This document shows, one piece after another, positions 44,999 through 54,180 of a stretch of 64,000 nt of DNA. The position numbers and the translations under genes are program-made. The stretch lies in IMG/VR virus record IMGVR_UViG_3300027963_000050; one strand, written 5' to 3'. This DNA is from a virus (Duplodnaviria > Heunggongvirae > Uroviricota > Caudoviricetes). The notes beneath the pieces were generated by a model. The model worked only from the letters and a program-made list of their open reading frames with translations, ran no database searches and was not told the DNA's origin. Each line of letters starts with the position of its first letter. The first letter of the stretch is position 1.

Positions 44999-46392
44999 TT
45001 TATCTTCTCCTGTAATAATTTTACAAACTCATTCTGAATCATTTTAGTAAACTTAACTGAAGGAGAATCTTCCGCCTCATTATATCTACTACTACCTTTT
45101 GGTGGTCTTTTTCCTCTACCTAAGTAACTTAATCCTGAAATATTTGTAATACATTTGTGACCCCCACTATTTGCTTGAATGAAATCCCAAACATTCACAT
45201 TAATATTATCCAACATTTGTCTATGTTCTTCAGGTAATTCTGAAAAAGGTTTTTCCATCATTTCACCAATGTGGATTAACTTCTCTTTACCATCTTCCAT
45301 TGTTTTAAATTCTTTACCATATAACGCAACAAAATCCTTAAATGTAAACCCAATTGATTCCGCATTAAAATCTTTTGAAGTTTCCGATACCCATTTAATA
45401 GTTGAAAGAGGTATTTCACGTTGTTTTAATTGGTCCTCCCATTTAGACAATACCTCTTGAGCTATCTCACCTAAATTAACACCTTTTAACTCTCGTTCTT
45501 TTTTGAAAGGATTACAAGATGCCTGAACTAATCCTAATGGCCAAGCAATAACTAAAAAGTCAGCTTCAGGATTATTTTTAAATGGTGTATATCTATCATA
45601 AGAACCTGGCTTAAACATTGACCCACCACCGTATTGAACGATAATATTACCTAATACTTTAACATTAGGACTGTCTTGCATTGATTTAACATACTCATCT
45701 TTATTTACTTCAAGTTGTTCCGGTTTTGCATAACCTTTTTCAACCATTATTGATTTAATAGTATTAAGAATATTCAATAACGATGGTGTACATTTCATTA
45801 CCAAAGTTTCTAAGAAACCTGGTTTATTTTTAAATGCCAATAATAGTTTGTTAACAACTAAACCCATTAACATTTTATTTTTTTCTAATGATTTTTCTTT
45901 ATCTACATTGAATAAATAAGATATAACTTGGTCCACACTAATTTCATTCATAGCGTAATTTGCCGAGTCAACCGTTGAAATAAGTAAGATATCTGAAGAT
46001 GGAAATATATCTTTAGGAGATACAACTTGAGAAATTGTTTCAACATTTGAACGAGAACTTCTAAATGAAGTTGATTTAGTATCCTCAGCACCGGCTTGTC
46101 TATCGTGGTGGTCTGTATGAATCACAAACATTGGTTTTCCGTGAGCAAAATCCACTAAGACAGGCATCACGTCCCCTTTGGCATCATTCTTCTTTACAGC
46201 GAATTCTTTATCACCATATTGGATGATATGAGCATCAATTACATCAATACCGTTATTTTTAAGATACTCTTTCATCGCAATTGCTGTCGTAACACCATCT
46301 AAATCTTGGTGAAAATATATTTCAGCCTTAGGATATCTTTTAGCGAGAGCGTTAATATCTCTTAAACCACTTTCATTTATTAATTTTTTCAT
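44989..46392 (-). CDS. DHH/DHHA1-family phosphoesterase (NrnA/RecJ-like)
   Basis: Motifs in order: DLDG (I), VDFAH (II), HTDHHD (III), ..SGGHK.. (DHHA1 GGH). Confidence 0.6.
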   Translation of the reverse strand: MKKLINESGLRDINALAKRYPKAEIYFHQDLDGVTTAIAMKEYLKNNGIDVIDAHIIQYGDKEFAVKKNDAKGDVMPVLVDFAHGKPMFVIHTDHHDRQAGAEDTKSTSFRSSRSNVETISQVVSPKDIFPSSDILLISTVDSANYAMNEISVDQVISYLFNVDKEKSLEKNKMLMGLVVNKLLLAFKNKPGFLETLVMKCTPSLLNILNTIKSIMVEKGYAKPEQLEVNKDEYVKSMQDSPNVKVLGNIIVQYGGGSMFKPGSYDRYTPFKNNPEADFLVIAWPLGLVQASCNPFKKERELKGVNLGEIAQEVLSKWEDQLKQREIPLSTIKWVSETSKDFNAESIGFTFKDFVALYGKEFKTMEDGKEKLIHIGEMMEKPFSELPEEHRQMLDNINVNVWDFIQANSGGHKCITNISGLSYLGRGKRPPKGSSRYNEAEDSPSVKFTKMIQNEFVKLLQEKINQS

Positions 46393-46394
46393 AA

Positions 46395-47498
46395 TTATAT
46401 TGCCGCCTTTACCGCAGTCCCAAACATACTTTTAAGTGCGTCTCCAATAAAGTCACCACCAGTTGATGCAACAGGTGCGGCAGGTGCCGATGTTACAGGA
46501 GCAACTGTCGTTGGTTGTCCATTAATAATACCACCAAAATCTTCCGCCCAAGATTTTTGACCTTCAGGTGTTTGATTAAATTGATTAACTTTTTCTTCTA
46601 AATCACTGTATTTTTGCATCAATTCATCCGGACCAACAAAATTCGCAACACCTAAAAAATCTAATAACCTTAAATACCATTTAGTTCTACCCATTAAAGA
46701 ACGTGTTGCTCTGTTACCAAACAATCTTGGAACACCTCCACGAACTTTTGACATAAATGATGCGTTCGCCAAACCTTTATTATCTCTGAATCCTCTAAAC
46801 GCAGTATCTTTTTCTATTTGTTTTATTAATCGTTTTTTTTCAAGTGAAGATAATGTTTTCCCTTCTAATTTCGCCAACTCAATTGAACGAGTACCCATTT
46901 TTGCTCCGGCACTTTTAAAAATTTGAATATATTCTTCAATAACTTTAACTAACCCTCTACCTAAAAATGGTACTCTACCAATTAACGCTTTTAACATATT
47001 AAGTAATTTAGTCCCCCAACTTGGTGCACTAGAAACCATTTTGGCAATAGGACCTCCCGCAGCTTTAGCCGTTTCCGCAATCTTAGCTGCATCACCAGCA
47101 ACGGCCGCTGCTTTAAACGCTTTAGTACTTGCCCCACCCTTTTTCATCACACCTATCGCCGTTTTACCAATTGCGTCACCAATAATTGGAACTGCGGATA
47201 TTAAAGATAAAATAGCAAATAACTTATCCCCTTGTCTCCAATAACTAATACCATTAACAACATCAACAATACCTGTTGGGTCAAAAATACCAACAAGGTC
47301 ACCCAATGTATTATACCATTTAGCTTCTTTAAGAAGTTTTGATTTTTCAGGATAAGCCGAACGTAAGAACTCAACAACAAAAATTCTATCTTCTTTAGAT
47401 AATGTATCCCATTTTTCTTGAAGTATTTTTTCCTGTTCTTCTTTATATATTTGAAGAATATGTTCTTTTAATTCTGATTCTGTTATAGTTTTTTTCAT
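46395..47498 (-). CDS. leader-family-1 protein (MKKTITESELKE...), Ala-rich 367 aa
   Basis: Leader variant. Central A/G/K-rich low-complexity region (AAVAGDAAKIAETAKAAGG). Confidence 0.5.
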   Translation of the reverse strand: MKKTITESELKEHILQIYKEEQEKILQEKWDTLSKEDRIFVVEFLRSAYPEKSKLLKEAKWYNTLGDLVGIFDPTGIVDVVNGISYWRQGDKLFAILSLISAVPIIGDAIGKTAIGVMKKGGASTKAFKAAAVAGDAAKIAETAKAAGGPIAKMVSSAPSWGTKLLNMLKALIGRVPFLGRGLVKVIEEYIQIFKSAGAKMGTRSIELAKLEGKTLSSLEKKRLIKQIEKDTAFRGFRDNKGLANASFMSKVRGGVPRLFGNRATRSLMGRTKWYLRLLDFLGVANFVGPDELMQKYSDLEEKVNQFNQTPEGQKSWAEDFGGIINGQPTTVAPVTSAPAAPVASTGGDFIGDALKSMFGTAVKAAI

Positions 47499-47499
47499 A

Positions 47500-47859
47500 T
47501 TAATCCCAGCTTAAGAAAAATTTAATTTGATTATCTTCACATCTTAATTTTCCGGCACCCCATCCATTAATCCCTTTAAACTCAATCGCCTCACCAAGTT
47601 TCATCGTAACTTTATCAGTTAAACGAATCGCAGAACCAGTCTTAACAACAATTCCACCAACTGTGGGAGCACCTTTAACAGCAATTACCTGTAAAGCGTT
47701 TGTTTTAGGTAATCCATAATCAGGATTTTTTTTAATAGCATTTAATAATGTATCAGTAAAACTATTTGCCCCACCCATCATTTCATCTTCGTTAATTAAA
47801 TTATATCTTGAACGGATATCGTTTCTTTCTTCTTCGGAAATTATAAATCTTTTTGCCAT
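47500..47859 (-). CDS. hypothetical protein (MAKRFIISEEERND...; leader-1-like)
   Basis: Internal Met at 47857-47859. Confidence 0.45.
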   Translation of the reverse strand: MAKRFIISEEERNDIRSRYNLINEDEMMGGANSFTDTLLNAIKKNPDYGLPKTNALQVIAVKGAPTVGGIVVKTGSAIRLTDKVTMKLGEAIEFKGINGWGAGKLRCEDNQIKFFLSWD

Positions 47860-47902
47860 AATAAATCTTTTAGTTATAAATATACGGAAAATAAAAAAGA
47901 GG

Positions 47903-48766
47903 TTATACAACCTCTTCTTTTAATTCTAATTTTGTTTGTTTTCGTTCATCAATTAACGCTTGGACTCTTTTTCTTGCAATCTCAGTATAATCCGGAGACA
48001 ACTCAATTCCAATCCATCGTCTATCTAATAACTCAGCCGCAAATGCTGATGTTCCACTTCCCATAAAGGGGTCAAGAACAATATCGTTCTTATAAGACAA
48101 TATTTTAATTGCTTTTGACGGGATGTCCATCGAGAATGTAGCTTTAGTTAATGACCTAGTGTCCGCAAAATATTCCCATCGACCAAACACCAAATTCATA
48201 AACTCTTTCTTGTCTTCGTCTTGATAAACCATTTTATTTTTAACCTTACCATCTTCAGTAGTAACCTCAGTTGGTGTTCCCAACCATTGTGAGACCCCTT
48301 TAGATAATTTTTTACTTGTTTTCTTATAAGCTAAAATTATACACTCTTTAGGATTGTAAACATAAGGTGCTGAAGCACTCATCCAAGAACCCCAAGCTGT
48401 CTGTCTAACTCTATGGGGACTATCTTCTGTAAGGTCAACTAACCCACTAAACTTAAACCCCACTTCTTTCATCATCATCCAAAACTCCGCAACAAATAAT
48501 ATTCTCCCACCTCTTTCTTGAACATTCAATTCATTTGGAACATTCACCGCAATCCTACCATCATCCTTCAATACTCGGAACGCCTCTCTCAACCAATCTT
48601 TTGACCACTCGTAATACTCTTCCATTGGTAAATCATCCTTATGAACATCATAAGATATGTTTACGTTATATGGTGGTGATGTTACTAGTAAATCAATTGA
48701 ACCTTCAGGAAATGTTTTCATTACCTCAATACAATCTCCATTTATAATCTTTCCTGTTTCTATCAT
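47903..48766 (-). CDS. DNA N6-adenine/N4-cytosine methyltransferase (beta-class, orphan)
   Basis: N-terminal DLLVTSPPYN (motif IV) and C-terminal DPFMGSGTS (motif I). Confidence 0.8.
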   Translation of the reverse strand: MIETGKIINGDCIEVMKTFPEGSIDLLVTSPPYNVNISYDVHKDDLPMEEYYEWSKDWLREAFRVLKDDGRIAVNVPNELNVQERGGRILFVAEFWMMMKEVGFKFSGLVDLTEDSPHRVRQTAWGSWMSASAPYVYNPKECIILAYKKTSKKLSKGVSQWLGTPTEVTTEDGKVKNKMVYQDEDKKEFMNLVFGRWEYFADTRSLTKATFSMDIPSKAIKILSYKNDIVLDPFMGSGTSAFAAELLDRRWIGIELSPDYTEIARKRVQALIDERKQTKLELKEEVV

Positions 48767-48767
48767 C

Positions 48768-49079
48768 TTACTCTTTTAATTGGTATTCCCAACCATCTTC
48801 TTTTTTAATTGGTATTATTTCTAAATCTAAAAACACTGCGTTCTGCTCACCTGCGTGTAACCCTAATATATTATAATCGTAAAACTCTTCCGCTTCACCA
48901 TAAGTCATTAGGTCTCTTTCTTGTAGTATATTTAATATCCCTTGTTTTGAATATAATATCTTTCTGCCCGAAGAACCAAACTCCTCAACAATCCCAACTA
49001 TTGCACTTTCTAACCCATCCAATAGAATCGCACCTTCTGCGTATTCATCAATATCAACAACCACTTTCAAGACGTTCAA
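48768..49079 (-). CDS. hypothetical protein (103 aa)
   Basis: ORF. TAATG junction. Confidence 0.5.
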   Translation of the reverse strand: MNVLKVVVDIDEYAEGAILLDGLESAIVGIVEEFGSSGRKILYSKQGILNILQERDLMTYGEAEEFYDYNILGLHAGEQNAVFLDLEIIPIKKEDGWEYQLKE

Positions 49080-49290
49080 TTTTACGATTCAAATACCACA
49101 ACGCTTTTTTCATATCCTGAAGTTCTTTATCAGAATCTTTCTTACCAGCTCTTGCGACATATTTTACAACATTGAAGATATAAGCATCTTTATCAAGACC
49201 CCAAGCTTCACACACTTTTACAACCTCATATGGATTGTCTTGTCCCCCGTAATGTTCCGGGTGATTTACCATTTCTTTATTTTCTGACAT
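49054..49290 (-). CDS. DUF3310-like phage protein
   Basis: NHPEHYGG...YEVVKVCEAWGL...NVVKYVARAGKK...ALWYL matches the DUF3310 pattern seen in many phages. Confidence 0.5.
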   Translation of the reverse strand: MSENKEMVNHPEHYGGQDNPYEVVKVCEAWGLDKDAYIFNVVKYVARAGKKDSDKELQDMKKALWYLNRKIERLESGC

Positions 49291-49291
49291 A

Positions 49292-50404
49292 CTATTCTTC
49301 TCTATATTCCCCTAATAATTCTTCATTTGACATAATACCCGAGAATTGTTCTCTGATTTTTGATGTATCCACATCGTCATACATTGCGTGAATGGTTTTT
49401 TCCAATTGGTTAGCAAAAACCAATGCGTCATAAATAACACCAATAACTTTATACGGATTAGCGTTTGACGATGGTCTTCTATCCTCAAGGTAACCTTTCC
49501 AAGTTTCACCAACTGATTTAGGAACTCTAATAGACGCCCCTCTATCCGATATACCCCAACTAAATTTGTCGATTGATTGTGTCTCAAATTTACCAGTTAA
49601 TCTTAAATGATTATCCGAACCATAGTTTTCAATATGAATATTTTGTCTTGAATCAAATGAACCAAAAATTAATTTAAAATAATCTTCCCCACCTACTTCT
49701 CTCATCTTTTTGTTTGAGAAGTTTGTGTGTAACCCTGAACCATTCCACTCCCCAATTTGAATTGGTTTTGGATGAAGTTCAATTGCATAACCTCTTTTCT
49801 CGGCTAGTTTATGTAAGATGTATCTTGACATCCATAAGTCATCAGCTGATGCTAATTTACCTTTGGAGAATATTTGATATTCCCATTGTCCTAACGCAAC
49901 CTCAGCATTGGTTCCCTCAACATTAATACCTAACTCAAGACAATAATTTAAATGTTCATCACTTAAATCTCTACCAACTATTTGTCCACCAACACCACAA
50001 TAGTATTTACCTTGTGGGTCAACAGTTCCACCTCTTTCAAACCCTAGAACATCTTTGTTGTGAGCTGAACGAATAAAGTATTCTTGTTCAAACCCAATCC
50101 AAAAATCGGTATCTTCATCACCTAACTTACTTCTGTCGTTTGTTTCGTGTGGTTTATTATCTTTATCCAACACCTCACATAAAACATAAACCAAATTAGT
50201 ATTACCTTTTTTATACATTCTAACAGGTTTAAGGTAACAATCTGAAGAGAATCCTTCGGCTTGCATAGTTGAACTACCATCAAAACCCCACGCAGGAATA
50301 TCACTAACCTCTTTTGGTAATGTATCAACAACTTTAATTTTACTTCTTAAATTTGGTTCCGGCTTGTATCCGTCAAGCCAAATGTATTCCAACTTCACTT
50401 TCAT
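49292..50404 (-). CDS. glnA: glutamine synthetase, type II (GSII)
   Basis: EYIWLDG..LRSK N-terminus, WGFDGSSTMQAEGFSSD, and HPKPIQIGEWNGSGLHTNFSNKKMRE (GSII ATP/ammonium-site signature). About 370 aa, typical of GSII. Confidence 0.85.
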   Translation of the reverse strand: MKVKLEYIWLDGYKPEPNLRSKIKVVDTLPKEVSDIPAWGFDGSSTMQAEGFSSDCYLKPVRMYKKGNTNLVYVLCEVLDKDNKPHETNDRSKLGDEDTDFWIGFEQEYFIRSAHNKDVLGFERGGTVDPQGKYYCGVGGQIVGRDLSDEHLNYCLELGINVEGTNAEVALGQWEYQIFSKGKLASADDLWMSRYILHKLAEKRGYAIELHPKPIQIGEWNGSGLHTNFSNKKMREVGGEDYFKLIFGSFDSRQNIHIENYGSDNHLRLTGKFETQSIDKFSWGISDRGASIRVPKSVGETWKGYLEDRRPSSNANPYKVIGVIYDALVFANQLEKTIHAMYDDVDTSKIREQFSGIMSNEELLGEYREE

Positions 50405-50608
50405 AATTTAACAATATAATATTTATTTATTTTTATACTTTTTTTATAACCATTTCTTACAGAGAATAATGGTTTTGTTGTAACATTAATCCCAAACCCA
50501 TCATTAAATCTAATAGACCACCCGGATGGTGATATACTAAATAAAATAGAATACTTGAGTACTCTAATTATAGTTTGACTACAACCACTACCAATGTAAT
50601 ATGTTTTT

Positions 50609-50791
50609 TTAGATAGCCACATAATATCCACCACTTAAAGTACTTTCTTTAACATATCCCTCAGATATCAAAATATCTAATTGTCTTTTTGTTTCATCCA
50701 TATCTTTTCTAAGAATGTATTTGGAGATGTAACTGATGTGGATTGGTTGTCGTAACTTATCCATCAATGATTTGATTTGTTTTTTGTCCAT
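50609..50791 (-). CDS. small protein, possible winged-helix DNA-binding (60 aa)
   Basis: ..ISKYILRKDMDETKRQLDILISEGYVKE.. is wHTH-like. Weak. Confidence 0.3.
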   Translation of the reverse strand: MDKKQIKSLMDKLRQPIHISYISKYILRKDMDETKRQLDILISEGYVKESTLSGGYYVAI

Positions 50792-50794
50792 TTG

Positions 50795-51562
50795 TTATTC
50801 TATGTATTTTTTAAGATTAATAGTTTGATTAATATACGCCAATACTCTTCTTTTGAAAATTGGAATCAATGTTTCTTCCAACGGGAATATGTCGCTACAT
50901 AACACTTCAAAAATAGGAAAATCAGATTCATTATTTTTTTCGTATGTTTTAGAAAATTTAGAGATAATTTCTGGAATAGTCAAATCTAAATACTCACCAT
51001 CGTAAATTGATTGCAACGTAGTTTTTGTTTGATTATTTGATTTGTAGACTTTCTTTGTTGTATACATCCAAATATACAACTTTTCTTTAGTTTTATAATA
51101 AAAGAATCCGGATTTACTTTGTAAATTCATTTTGTTTCTTTTTACGACAACTTCAATAGAATCGTAAACAATACTCCAAATAGATTTTGCGTAGTTAAAA
51201 TAGTCGTGTAGTTGTGGTTGACAAGTTTTTAATATTTTTTCATACTCAATTAATTCCTCATCGTCTAATATAGGGATATCCTTAACTTTCAAGTCAGATA
51301 ACACTAGTTCATCATCATTGGAAGTTAATTTTCTATCCGTATATAAAATTTTGTTTTGATTAATTAGGGTTTGGATGTTCCCTAAATGTAATGAAAGTTC
51401 TATAAACATAGGATAAACCTTCATTTCTTCTAAATATTTATTCATCTTTTGGAAGTAATCCAATAAGATGTATTGTTTCTGTTCAGCGTCAAGGATTCCC
51501 TCAAACAACCAATCAGTGTCCATAATAAAATTTACCTTCTTATTTTTTTGTTTTTTTTCCAT
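50795..51562 (-). CDS. hypothetical protein (255 aa)
   Basis: ORF. Confidence 0.5.
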   Translation of the reverse strand: MEKKQKNKKVNFIMDTDWLFEGILDAEQKQYILLDYFQKMNKYLEEMKVYPMFIELSLHLGNIQTLINQNKILYTDRKLTSNDDELVLSDLKVKDIPILDDEELIEYEKILKTCQPQLHDYFNYAKSIWSIVYDSIEVVVKRNKMNLQSKSGFFYYKTKEKLYIWMYTTKKVYKSNNQTKTTLQSIYDGEYLDLTIPEIISKFSKTYEKNNESDFPIFEVLCSDIFPLEETLIPIFKRRVLAYINQTINLKKYIE

Positions 51563-51612
51563 ATATTATATTACTCAAAATATATGAAACTTATTTGTAA
51601 AAAGGAATAGTT

Positions 51613-52992
51613 TTAGTTAGTTCTCATAATATAATACGTCACACCGTTAACTTCTTCACTATCATATTGACCATCATAACTATTCATAATACCCCAACCA
51701 TCAGAATCAACTAAACCTTGAGCAAGTTCGTCTTCATCAATATATTCTTTAATATCTAAACCAAGATTTTTAAGATAATCTAATGGGTCTCTTCTTACGT
51801 CTCTAACAAGTTCCGCAACTTTAGTATCAATCATATCGTCAGTTGGTTCAGTTTCAACCTCAATACTATCTAACTCTTCTTGAAGAGCTTCAATTTGATT
51901 TTCTAAATCCTCATCATAATCATAATAATTTTCATCATCAGAATCTAATTCAAGTCTCTGTTGATTTAAATCCTCAATTTGAGATTCAAGTTGTTCTATC
52001 CTTTCTTCTTGTTCATCAGTCAATTGATAATCCTCATCACTGAAGTAACTATCCGGATAATCTCTAATTTGATAATCATAATCTTCTTCCGCCATATTAA
52101 CAATTGCGTCAACATCTAAATAATCTTCAATAAATGATTCATTAAATCCATCAGCCCCAACATCATCAATATAAGATTTTGCGTATTGTAATGCCGCCTC
52201 GTCCATCTCTTCATAAGTTCCAACCGAGTATTCATTACCTTTAAATCCAGGTATTAAAACTTCAAATTGAGTTAAACCATAATGAGTATATCTTGGTTGT
52301 GGATACATCATATACACATCTACATTATTCTCTTCTAATTCTTCAATTTCACTTTCAGTCTCTTCAATAGCATCAGTTAATTGACTCACCATATCATCGT
52401 CATCAGTCTCATCATATCTTTTCTGTAACTCATCTAACTTAACTTTAAGAACTTTCAACTTTTCTCTACCATCCTCATCTAAAGCATCAATTTCACCAAT
52501 ACTTACTAAGTTATCAAATAACGCGTGAGCCTTTTCTCCGGTCTCATCACCTTGTTCTAAAGCCCACTCATCGCCATCACGAAGAGATTCTTGTTCACCA
52601 AGTTTAGCATTTAGTTCTTGTTTTTCTCTAATTCTCTCACGAGGAGAATTATGGTCAGAAATATATCCCTTAACTTTCATATCACCAAGATTGGACACAT
52701 TAGTTCTACTAATATTCAATGACCCATCAATATAGGCAACATTACCTAAACTATCAGTTGGAGTACTATCAAGGGTTAAGTCACCAGTAATCCATAAAGG
52801 TTTACCTTCAAACCTTTTCATTTTAGTTATCGCTTTCCCGTGATAACTACCCAATCTCATTAATTCCAAATATTCTTCCGGAGATATTTTATAATATTCC
52901 CCCTCAACTTCTTCAGTAAGTTTTTTAATATACTTGGATAATGATTTCTCGTTAAGTTGTATTCTTTTATTCATAATAATAAATATCAACAA
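51613..52992 (-). CDS. large, extremely acidic coiled-coil protein (459 aa)
   Basis: Very high D/E content with long acidic runs (DDDDMVSQLTDAIEETESEIEELEENN; DSDDENYYDYDEDLENQIE). Confidence 0.5.
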   Translation of the reverse strand: MLIFIIMNKRIQLNEKSLSKYIKKLTEEVEGEYYKISPEEYLELMRLGSYHGKAITKMKRFEGKPLWITGDLTLDSTPTDSLGNVAYIDGSLNISRTNVSNLGDMKVKGYISDHNSPRERIREKQELNAKLGEQESLRDGDEWALEQGDETGEKAHALFDNLVSIGEIDALDEDGREKLKVLKVKLDELQKRYDETDDDDMVSQLTDAIEETESEIEELEENNVDVYMMYPQPRYTHYGLTQFEVLIPGFKGNEYSVGTYEEMDEAALQYAKSYIDDVGADGFNESFIEDYLDVDAIVNMAEEDYDYQIRDYPDSYFSDEDYQLTDEQEERIEQLESQIEDLNQQRLELDSDDENYYDYDEDLENQIEALQEELDSIEVETEPTDDMIDTKVAELVRDVRRDPLDYLKNLGLDIKEYIDEDELAQGLVDSDGWGIMNSYDGQYDSEEVNGVTYYIMRTN

Positions 52993-53067
52993 AGATATAA
53001 AATATATTTACATATTACTATTATCGTTGATATTTATGGTTATAAACGTTTAATAATTTAAAATTAT

Positions 53068-53226
53068 GGGCTGCGGATGTAAAAACAAAGCAAATCAATC
53101 ACAACCGGTACAACAATCGGGACAATCTCAACCTCAGGCACCGTCTCAGGCACCACAGCCTAAAACAGCGCCAATCCAAGAGTCAATCCGTAAAGTTGTA
53201 GAGAAATATTACAACAAAAAATAATA
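53068..53226 (+). CDS. small Gln/Pro-rich protein starting MGCGCKNK (52 aa)
   Basis: Stand-alone ORF below the track cut-off, immediately followed by a strong terminator. Not certain to be coding. Confidence 0.3.
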
Positions 53227-53242
53227 TTTCATTATGTGAAAA

Positions 53243-53270
53243 TTCAAAGGGACTTCGGTCCCTTTTTTTA
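53243..53270 (+). terminator. intrinsic terminator (AAGGGAC-TTCG-GTCCCTT-T7; UUCG tetraloop)
   Basis: Perfect 7-bp stem, TTCG loop, T-run. Confidence 0.7.
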
Positions 53271-53324
53271 TTATCTATTTATTAATTAAATTATTTTCAT
53301 TATTCATTGGTATAATTTAAAAAT

Positions 53325-54143
53325 ATGAAATACATAAATGAAAATTCAAACAAAGGATTAGTTAGTATATTTGCTGACTTTTTAGTTAAAGAGATAAACA
53401 AAACACATAATTACGATGTGGTAATTGAAGTTACAGACTGTGGTAAGTTTTTTGTCGTTAACGGTTTAACCAACTCTGATAAGATTTTGGATATGGTTCA
53501 AATGAAAGAAGAGTTCACCAAAGAATATAAAACATTATTAGAGAAGTACGGTTACACTAATCTAAACATTATTGACCTGATTATTTATAGTCAGGAATTA
53601 GCGAAGAAAACAGATTACACTTTTGACTTCTACTCATCAACAAGACCATCATATCACCACAAGGTTATTAATACTTTAGTTGATAACCCACAACCTTTAT
53701 TCAACACTATTCAATACACAACCAAATTGGAGTACGAGTTGGACTATTCAGAGAATAACACATCTAATTTACCGTATTTCACATACGCACCGTTAAATGT
53801 ATCATCCGAATTTCCCCACGGGTATAGTTTAAGTATGGGAAGACAGGAGTATTACTATTCAGAATACATCTGTAATCAATTATTTGATGTAATACTAACC
53901 GATAAGTTAACTTTCAAATATTCGTCCGTTAAAGAAGATGAGGACAATCAAATTAATCTTTACTCAACGAGTTTATTCCCACGAAAAGATATAATCTCTA
54001 TGGTCTTAGATGTATTTGATTTTGATATGTTAATCTTTAATGATAAAATAAAAGGTTACGATATTATGGAAGATTTAACTAAACCATTTGATAAAAAACC
54101 TTGGCTCGTAAAAGATAAAGTTAAAGACCTGATATTATTCTAA
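53325..54143 (+). CDS. hypothetical protein (272 aa)
   Basis: ORF ending at a bidirectional terminator. Confidence 0.5.
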   Translation: MKYINENSNKGLVSIFADFLVKEINKTHNYDVVIEVTDCGKFFVVNGLTNSDKILDMVQMKEEFTKEYKTLLEKYGYTNLNIIDLIIYSQELAKKTDYTFDFYSSTRPSYHHKVINTLVDNPQPLFNTIQYTTKLEYELDYSENNTSNLPYFTYAPLNVSSEFPHGYSLSMGRQEYYYSEYICNQLFDVILTDKLTFKYSSVKEDEDNQINLYSTSLFPRKDIISMVLDVFDFDMLIFNDKIKGYDIMEDLTKPFDKKPWLVKDKVKDLILF

Positions 54144-54180
54144 AAAGAAAGTCCCCAATCAAGGGGACTTTTTATTTTTT
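54143..54180. terminator. bidirectional intrinsic terminator (A5GAAA-GTCCCC-aatcaa-GGGGAC-T5AT6)
   Basis: Between the convergent genes 53325..54143 and 54172..54459. Confidence 0.7.

Noticed and set aside
53068-53226. MGCGC N-terminus as evidence for eukaryotic N-myristoylation/palmitoylation and hence a eukaryotic giant-virus origin
   Set aside because: Bacterial-type promoters, lipoproteins and intrinsic terminators pervade the window, and nothing else is eukaryote-specific. GSII, DnaJ and FReD all occur in bacteria. The motif is more likely coincidental or a Cys-based anchor.
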